Assembly: GCA_021613535.1 (NCBI GenBank) | Contig: CP075497.1 | Span: 9,820,585-9,884,584 of the forward strand | Length of the DNA: 64,000 nucleotides | Origin: Adineta vaga | Lineage: Eukaryota > Animalia > Rotifera | Reading direction: 5' to 3' | Shown: positions 55,680-64,000 of the stretch, in pieces | Position numbering within the stretch: position 1 is the first letter of the stretch | How the letters are laid out: each line of letters begins with the position of its first letter | Translations under genes and position numbers: made by a program | Notes under the pieces: model-generated | Told to the model about the DNA's origin: nothing | The model's database searches: none | What the model saw: only the letters and a program-made list of their open reading frames with translations

Positions 55680-58602
55680 TTATCGTAAATATTTATTCAA
55701 GTCAATAAATGCACAATCTGGTAAATTATTCTTGTGCATAAGTTTGTCACATTCATTTAAATATCCAACTAGTACTTCAAGAGCAGGATGTCTTGGCATA
55801 TCATGTGCTTCTACAAAGAAAAACAAAGTGATATGGTTTATATGCGTCAGTAGATATATTAATCTACATACCAAGTATAGCACTATTGACAGCACCAGAA
55901 ACAGTTTCACGTTGTGATGGCTCTAATAGATGAGCAAGTGGAGATGATTTTGGATTTGTATACGCTAATAAACTGAATGCATCCTACCAGAGAAGAAAAT
56001 GTAAAGTAAATCTTATATGATTAGTTTTGATGATTTTACCTGAAGTAATTTATCGTTATGCGGATTATCTCCATGTTCTGTTATGAGTTGTTGTTTAAGT
56101 GCATGTAACTCTCGACCAAACTGAAGTATTCTCACAAGAAGTTGTTCATCATCTTTTTCTATCGATTTTTTCTGTACATCAGATGATGTTAGTGTTGTTG
56201 TCTCCATATCTATCGTCCGAGTCGATTCTGTACATCCATCATGTTCCATTCCATTAAGAGTATCAGTTGATTTTTTTGAACAACCATTACTATTTGCTGT
56301 ACCATCGACAAGTTGATTAGTATTATTATTATTATCATTGTCTACTAATGTATGACCATTAGAGATTTGATCTGTCGTAGATGAAGAAAAAGAAGAAGAA
56401 GACAAAGGATGAGTTACTGTTCCATGATTGCTAAAACCATTTGGTGTATTATTGCTAGGTAGATTATCATCAACATCCATTAGATTAACAACAGTATTCG
56501 CATTCATTGTTGTTGGATGAGAATTTAACTCGGATAATTGACAAGAAATTTGTGATACGTTTGATTCATTATTAGTTTCTGGATGGAAATAACACAGAAA
56601 AGTAATTATAGATCGAAATTATTTGGTCAATTTACCTTGTGATGATTCATTCAAATTACTGGCACTTGTTCGCAGAGATGAAGAATTCATTGCACCATTA
56701 CTATGCTGTTGTGCTCGTTCAGACGTGTATGGACTATTAGAACGGGAACGTGTAGTAGATGTATGCGTTTTGGTCACAGGTGATAATGAAGATCGAATTG
56801 TAGAATGGAAAGAGTTTTTCTTTGAGGAGGAAGGACTGTTCGAACGATTTGTATTAGTTGATAGAAAATGATTAGGACATGAAGAATTCGTTGTTATTGA
56901 CTGAGATGTGGACGAAGATATTGATGTTTTACAAATTTCACTTTCAGTTCCATTAACCATCTCAATAAATTGACGAACTTTGAGTACAAATAAAAGATTT
57001 TTATCATTGAGCAATGTGGGGAAAAGTTCTTTTGTCTTAATGATTGCATCGGTTGTACGACCTTCGAGAATTAAATGTTGAATAACTAGAAAAAAAAGGT
57101 AAACACAAATAAAATTCTTTGGTCAGACTAAGACGATAGATATTTTACGTTGTCGATTTCGCATTGAATTAAGTTCATCAGCATAAACACTTTCGGCATT
57201 TTTATTGAATTGTTCAGCGGTAGCACAATACCCATAATGGACTAGATAAGTTGAAACAATTCGACGTAATTGTGTTTGATGTAAAAGCTCATTTTCTTTT
57301 AATGTACATTCAAATATTGCTCGACGCGTTTTTTCTCGATATTCCTAAATAATTTCAGTCAGTCATATTAGTCTTTTTTTATTTAAACAACGTTTGACTT
57401 ACATCCATATATTTTTCAATATCGAATTTAAATGGATTGAGACCAAAATTTGCTTCAATAGCTTCATGAGGTGTCTGTAAACCAATTGTAGGATAAATTT
57501 CAGTCTATAATTGAATAATCAACAAAAGAAAAAAGAATGTTTCAATTTGAAAAAAATCAATTACCGGTATATCTCGAAATGAAGTACCTTGAGAAAGAAA
57601 AAACAATCATAAATGAATATCGTTGTTGGTATTAAATAAATAAACTTACCAATATTGTAACCATTGCGTGTATAAAAACAAGAATTTTCAAGAAAATTGA
57701 CACAACATCCCACGTAATCACCTGTTGTAAATGTTGGTCCATAAACAATACCTGAGCCTGATGAGCAAAACGAATGACCATCATCACCATGATAACCATA
57801 TGATCCTTTATCCCAGCCTGGTAGACGATTGAGATTAACATCAATTGTTGATAAACCAATACCCATATATCTAATCAAAAGAAGAAGAAGAAGAAACAAT
57901 TACATAACAATCTCAATAGATATTCGATTTATTCAATCGAGTCGTATATAGAAAAAGATAGCAACAATGTTGAAAGTCAAGAATATCGAGAAGAAAATAA
58001 AATATAATGAATCAAAATGGTAGACTCGTTTGAAAGAAAAAAACAAAGATTTATACCTTAAAGATATTTAGAACCTTTTACTAGCAGATAGAATTTCTTT
58101 AGTATAAACAATATTTGTTTATAGAGAAAGACAATTAGTTGGTGGAAATGTGAATTTCAACTTACCCATCACGACCTTTACTTAAAATTTTCACTTCATA
58201 ATAATAAATACCGGTCAACGTTGGAATAGGATAATCAGAACGAACACTAGCTGCATCTTTATGTGATTTGCCAGGTCCTAAAAATATTCTATTTTATGAC
58301 CTTGATGAGATCGCTGAGAATAACTTACCTTTATATGTAACAACAAGATCATTTTGTTGTAAAACTAACGTTTGTACTTTCTCTTTTGCATTCCATTTCA
58401 TTGGTAAATGAATATCATCACTAACATGTGGATAAAGTTGTGCAAGACGTTCATAACCACTTTTATTATTCGTAGTTCTTGATGTTATTGCTGCTGCTGC
58501 TGCAACAGCAGCTGCTGCTGCAACAGCAGCTGCTGTTGTCGTTGATCTTGTTGCCATTCGTGACGGTGGTAATGCTGGTGCTGTTGTCTCATTATCTGTC
58601 AT
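55680..58602 (-). CDS. RANBP9: Ran-binding protein 9/10 (RanBPM) homolog with SPRY, LisH, CTLH and CRA domains. Multi-exon.
   Basis: [12 protein letters not shown]...[26 protein letters not shown] is followed by the SPRY domain [74 protein letters not shown]. The LisH/CTLH region reads [20 protein letters not shown] and [30 protein letters not shown]-terminal CRA motifs are [18 protein letters not shown]...DAFSLLAY...[19 protein letters not shown]. The stop is at 55680-55682. Confidence 0.85.
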
Positions 58603-58951
58603 TTTTCGAATTTGTCGAGGTAAACGTCTACGTCTTTGATGTTCAATAGATAGTTTGATAAATTTAAAAGCAAGATAACTGAGATTGAGTATAAAAATTA
58701 AACAACATGAAATATATGCAAAATTAATCGAACAACTTTCATCCATTCCATTGTTGAAATTAATTTGATTGAAGTAGGAAAATATTAATTGTTAAATGAG
58801 CAAATCATATATAAACAATAAATAATAACAACAACACAAATCAGCTGACGAGTTCTGTATCGCGTCTATGCAGTCATGTTACAAGATGGCGTACGAATCG
58901 CTCTAACGAATCGATTTTTTTCCTGTTCTTCATCTTCTCTTCTTTGTCATC

Positions 58952-59500
58952 ATGTTGTTGAATATATTCTTGAAAAAACGTTTTCTACATGGAAGAGCTG
59001 TATCAACAATTGAATTGACACGAAATGCTATTGCAAATAAACCACTTCAATGGAATGATTTAATCCAATGGCTACAAGGTGGACAAAAAACGTTACTTTG
59101 GCGAGATGAACAATGTGCTGAACGATATATTCAACATCAAAAATTAGTTTCAAGAGATTATCGATCAATAAATGATTTTATTCGTATACATTATCTTAAA
59201 TGGAATTTTGATATCGATAAAAAGACTGAAAAACGTATTGCTATTTCAAGTTCAAATTCAATTAAAGAACCATTATTAACTCCCAATGATTTTCCATATT
59301 ATTTAGTTTCAGGAATTCAACATTGGGTTATATGGTGTGATCCAATACCGAAAATACCTGAAGAAATTATTGAAAAGATTATTGCAAAAAAATTTCCCTA
59401 TGAAAAATTTGATAGTCTTAGTTTTGTTAATCCACCACGTTTGAGATCTGTTTCTGATGTCTTTCATGCACATGTGTTTACACGAAAGAAAAATGAATAA
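58952..59500 (+). CDS. Small intronless conserved-looking protein of 182 aa, DUF3605-like. The family assignment is tentative.
   Basis: A single ORF contains IQHWVIWCDP and FVNPPRLRSVSDVFHAHVF. From memory these resemble HW(V/I)LW and NP..R.SV..HxHV motifs of a fungal/eukaryotic DUF family. No AG acceptor lies near the ATG. Confidence 0.45.
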   Translation: MLLNIFLKKRFLHGRAVSTIELTRNAIANKPLQWNDLIQWLQGGQKTLLWRDEQCAERYIQHQKLVSRDYRSINDFIRIHYLKWNFDIDKKTEKRIAISSSNSIKEPLLTPNDFPYYLVSGIQHWVIWCDPIPKIPEEIIEKIIAKKFPYEKFDSLSFVNPPRLRSVSDVFHAHVFTRKKNE

Positions 59501-59526
59501 TAATTGCCTTTTTTTTTGTTTATGTA

Positions 59527-62500
59527 TTTCTTTAGATGAAAAGAACACAAGTAGAGAATTATGATACAACACCGAAACGATTAAGAACAGCAAATTCATC
59601 AATAGATAATACTAATAATAATCAATTCGAAAAGGTGGAAGGAAGAAAAAGATAAAATGAAGTTTTTTTTATTCTATTTTGATTTAGTTTATAAATAAAT
59701 TTCGATCATCGATTGATACAAATGATGCAGATTCTCGACCATATGATATTTTTAAACAATATTTAAAAGGTAGATAGATCTATTGGAAGAAAACATTGTT
59801 AATCTATACTTATAATTCATCATCAATGACAATGATAAGATCTGAAAGTCTCACGTATTTCATTATAGAATGTTTGGATGAAACGACGGATTCAACGGTC
59901 CTTCCAACATTCATTAAAAAGACTATTCATATTGTTGTAACTTCTTCCACACCAACTGTTCATCATCTTGTCTTTACAAAAATTATTGGTCTGATTATAA
60001 TCTATGTAAAAAAAATTTGCTGCTCCCGTTTTTCAATACTATTATTATTATTATTTGCTTTGTTAGCTTGATAATCTATCTTCCGATGCTTTACTTGATA
60101 TAACACATGAAATAATCGCAAAATTAATTGAATCGTCAACTAATGCTGATATGTTAGTTTCCGTTTTCTTTATGAAGAATTTTATATTTACTTTATTTTT
60201 CAATAGTATGATTGAACTTTTACGAAGTATTTATTTACAACAAGTGAAACGTGATGAAATTCAATCCGCTTCAGGATCAGCAGCAGCTATGTGTGCATCC
60301 GTTGTTCAACAATTGAGCAATACAACGTAAGAAGACAATTGCTTTTATATGTTAAATCATTTATTTGTATTTAGCTGGACTGAAGATAATTATGCAAGTC
60401 TTATAGCTATCTTGAAGTAAACTAATTTGACATAGATTATGAACATTATGATTCTACGTGGAATATTTCCGTTTAGAATAATTCCATTTTCTGATAATGA
60501 AAAACGTACATTTATTGATATTATGTTTCTAATTGATTTTGAATCCAGCGTCGATCAATTGCCCATATTTGTATTAAATATCCTTAAATTATGCAATGAT
60601 TCTCGATTAGAAAATGAAATAACAAGTTCAAGTGGATATATTTTCGATCGTTTAATTCACTATTTTATTGATCTTGATAAAAAATCTAATGAGTAATTTC
60701 ATCTACGTATTATTTTCCTCTTAATCAATCAGTTTATTTCTAGTAATAAACAGTATACATCCAATGTGCGTCTTTGTATTGTTCATATTTTAAATGCTAT
60801 TGAATTATCACCTGAACTTGGAATGATATTACTTCGAACATTTAAAGTAAAATTCATTTCTATACTTTTTTGTTGTTATTGTTGATCATATAGAAAATTC
60901 AAAGTAATGATGTAGCAAAATTATTTTCACCATTTTGTCTGGCATTTATATTTGCTTTACCAAAAGATCGAACAATAAAAGGAAAAGTAAGTTATGATTA
61001 GATCTCGTTGAATTTGTCATGTTTGTTTGATATGTAGTTTATCAAACAATTAAAAACAGCATTTGATCTTGTTTGTCAAACATTTGAAAAGAATAATGAA
61101 GCATTTTGGTTGATACTTTTTACTAAAATCAATTATAATGATTTCTATCGTGATTATCTATTACAACTTGCTAAAAAAGAGTAAGAAAAAAGAAAATAAA
61201 CAAATGAAAATATTCAATTATGATTTCATTGAAGATTATTTGGTGGTGATTTAATTCTTTCTGGTTTGATTGATTTTTGCTTCCAATTACTTGATGAATA
61301 TAGTCAATCACCAATACCAGTGAATGAATCATCATTTTCAGTGATTGAGTTATTGAAAACATTAGCATCGAAATGGTTATCAGATATTGTTCGAGTAAGA
61401 TTTTTAATTTGTTCATTTTTTTAACATGATTTGATAAATTTAGTTACATAAAACTGTTCAAGAAGATGTAATACATCGTTTATTCGATCGAATACTTGAA
61501 GCGAAAACAAATGATCGAACAGTGAAACATTTCATTGGTAAATCTTAAAAGGAGATTTTCTATGATAATGAATTTTCTTTTAGAACAATTATATGATGTC
61601 ATGAAAACGAATAGTCATCGATTTGTTAAATGGCCTGAACAATTAAAAGATCGGTTAGATCAAATTTTACAAATGCGTTATGAATTAGCTCATGATGTAC
61701 TGGATGCATTTAAACCAATTATTAAATTAAGTGGAAATACACCATTTCGTGAAACCTATTTTCAATTACTTCGCACAGCAATGTATCGACCGTAAGTATA
61801 GATAATTTTAAAATCTATATATCAGATTTGATGATTTAGTCGTTTGGATTGTCGACGTATGGCTGTTGATGGATATTTGATATTATTAAAACATGCTAAA
61901 TGGTTAATTCGACCACCCGCTGCACAAGCAAGTCAAATGACAATGTTTTCTTTAGTTGAAGTATGTTTTTTTTTAAATCTAATTAGAGAAAATATGAAAA
62001 AATATAATCTATCTAGCGTGGTGCAACACAAATGAATACGATTAATTCAACTCAACGTTCAACCGAGGGTCAATGTATTGAATTATTAATGCAATTAAGA
62101 CGAAGTCTTACACAACAATATGATGTTAGATTAGCTGTTTATGAAGTATGAAACAAAAATTGAAAGATTATTTTCTAGAATTGAATTGATTTTTTCTAGG
62201 GTCTATTGCCTGTTCTTCGTAAAAGTCCTATTCTAATGGCTCCAATTCTTGATATGCTTATTTCACAGATTGCATTATACTATGAACCCATTGGTGATAA
62301 ATGTACATTGAATTTATCATCTTGTTTACTTGAACGTGATGATAGAATACAAATTATTGAACCATTTGTAAGTGAACTGATTCTTTTTTATGAATTTTCT
62401 CAAATATCTTTTTCAATCAGGCACATTTACTTCATTGTCTATGTCTTTGTTTACATCGTGCTGATTGTTTATTGAAAACAAATTCGAAAATCTTTGATGA

Positions 62501-64000
62501 AGATCCAGATGTGGCAGTATATTTAAAAAAAGCAACGGATATTTTCAAACGTATCATTATTTTATTTGATGATGATGATTTTACTGATTCAGTTGGAGTA
62601 AGATTCGTCTGCAGAGATTATTTCATTGATTTGGAACATTTCTTTCAGGTTAAAGGTTTACCAGAAGATAAAACAAGTCCACAAATGTATACACTTTGTA
62701 TTGATATATGTAATGTTTTAATTGAATATAAATTCATGCGAATAAAAGATACGTAAGTAGAGTAAAGATGAAAGAAGATAATTGCTTTTATGGAAAACTA
62801 TCTATTGAAGTGAATCAACAGCAAATGTATTGAAATCGATTGATCAAGAATCACGTCTTCATGAAAAAATGTCCAAAGCTAAATTACGTTTACCAACGAC
62901 TGGAAAACTTCTTTCATTTACGTGTTTAAAACGATTTTTACATTCAATTCTATGGTCAAAAATGTTTACTGCAGATTTAGATTCATCCAATCATAATATT
63001 GATCTTGATGCACTCGTTGATGATATGAATTATCGTACTTATATAATGCGTTGTTGTTTATCAAGATTTCGTTCGATTATAACACATGGAATAAAATATT
63101 ATTTTGATGCAGAAAATATGCGACAAGAAAAATTACAAATGGTACTCATTGATTTTCATACGTAAGTTTAAAAGATAAAGAGTCATTGAAAATATAGATT
63201 AAATTTAATTGAATAGAATTTTGTATCAAGCAGTAACAAAAGACATGTCTATCGTTTTAACTGAACAAATCTTACAATTAATTGTTGAAATATGGAAAAT
63301 TATTGTTCATAATTTTCGTGGTGTAGCAACTTTAATGATCGATAGTGCAATGAAAGCATTGAGTGGCGATCCAGATGCCATTGATTCAAATATTAGTTAT
63401 AGTCAAACTGATCCACAAACAGCACGTTTTGCTGAAAGTTTTAAAGTAAGAGAATCGACGATTTTTTAAACAGAAACCTCAAATGAATGATGTTTCTAGG
63501 CAATCTATAAACGAATTGAAGATGAATATAATCAACTTGTCGAAGCTGCTGGTGTTGATGGTTCAACTGCAAAAGCTTCAGGTTGTTTGAAAGCATTGAT
63601 TTATGTTGCAGATATTCTTGAATTGGCATTGAAAGATGGAGAACATATTGATCGAAATGAATATCAATCATTTGCAGAATGGGTTAGTTCAACATGTATG
63701 CAAGGAAAATATGGTATGATTTGATCATTATAAGTTCATATTTCTTGATAAATAGAAGTGTTCCTAGTGCAATAACAGGATAAATCATTATATTAATCAT
63801 TTATTTTAGAGGATCATCAATTAAGTAAAGCACTAGTTCGTTTACTTTTTAAACTTTCATCAAAGATTGGAAATCATGCACCACTTCTTCGAAAAGTTGC
63901 TATGGATATTCATGGTCAATGTGAAGATGTTTCTGAAGATGTAAGTTTCATTTTTTCTTACATTCCAATTTTCTCTTGTTCATTTTCAATAGACAAAATT
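59527..64000 (+). CDS. FANCI: Fanconi anemia group I protein (FANCI) homolog. Many short exons; 3'-truncated by the window end; the 5' exons are uncertain.
   Basis: The exons encode SRLDCRRMAVDGYLILLKHAKWLIRPPAAQ (human [24 protein letters not shown]) and IELLMQLRRSLTQQYDVRLAVYEGLLPVLRKSPILMAPILDMLISQIALYYEP (human [32 protein letters not shown]...LKQFYEP). YTLCIDICNVLIEYKF (human AFLVMGVCEVLIEYNF) and further solenoid exons continue to the window edge. Confidence 0.8.

Noticed and set aside
58603-58746. Upstream extension of the RANBP9 ORF to an ATG at 58746 (MDESCSINFAYISCC…).
   Set aside because: The extension encodes a hydrophobic Cys-rich peptide unlike any RanBPM N-terminus, whereas [13 protein letters not shown] at 58602 resembles the expected Pro/Ala-rich N-terminal region, so the internal Met was preferred.

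Overview
This is an AT-rich metazoan nuclear segment with about 30% GC, densely packed with protein-coding genes on both strands. Spliceosomal introns are extremely short, mostly 46-62 bp GT..AG, and most start codons sit within about 25 nt of a good AG acceptor, a pattern consistent with SL trans-splicing. I found no rRNA, tRNA or CRISPR. By motif-level similarity I recognise these genes: U2SURP/SR140, a Ly6/uPAR-like small secreted protein, a vWA-domain protein, an RNF38/44-like RING-H2 ligase, a vasopressin/oxytocin-type nonapeptide-neurophysin precursor, a peroxisomal ABCD half-transporter, a divergent beta-tubulin, a large low-complexity TNRC18/BAHCC1-like protein with a C-terminal BAH domain, ribosomal protein L23 (uL14), an Arp10/Arp11-like gene, steroid 5-alpha-reductase, a small PWWP protein, a TBC-domain RabGAP, a SOUL/HEBP heme-binding protein, an intronless R-S-EXE mono-ADP-ribosyltransferase, two adjacent NHL-repeat beta-propeller paralogs, a mucin-stalked type-I membrane protein, RANBP9/10, a small intronless DUF-like protein, and a FANCI homolog truncated at the window end. 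The most notable items are the neuropeptide precursor with a distinctive predicted nonapeptide CYITNCPIG-amide, the compositionally atypical intronless toxin-like ART gene next to an 800-bp C-rich tract, and a complex repeat/foldback region at 54.2-55.3 kb. Coordinates are gene-level CDS spans covering multi-exon structures. Exon boundaries were hand-traced and should be treated as approximate within a few nt. The lineage cannot be fixed from sequence alone; the features fit a small-genome invertebrate such as a rotifer- or flatworm-like organism.
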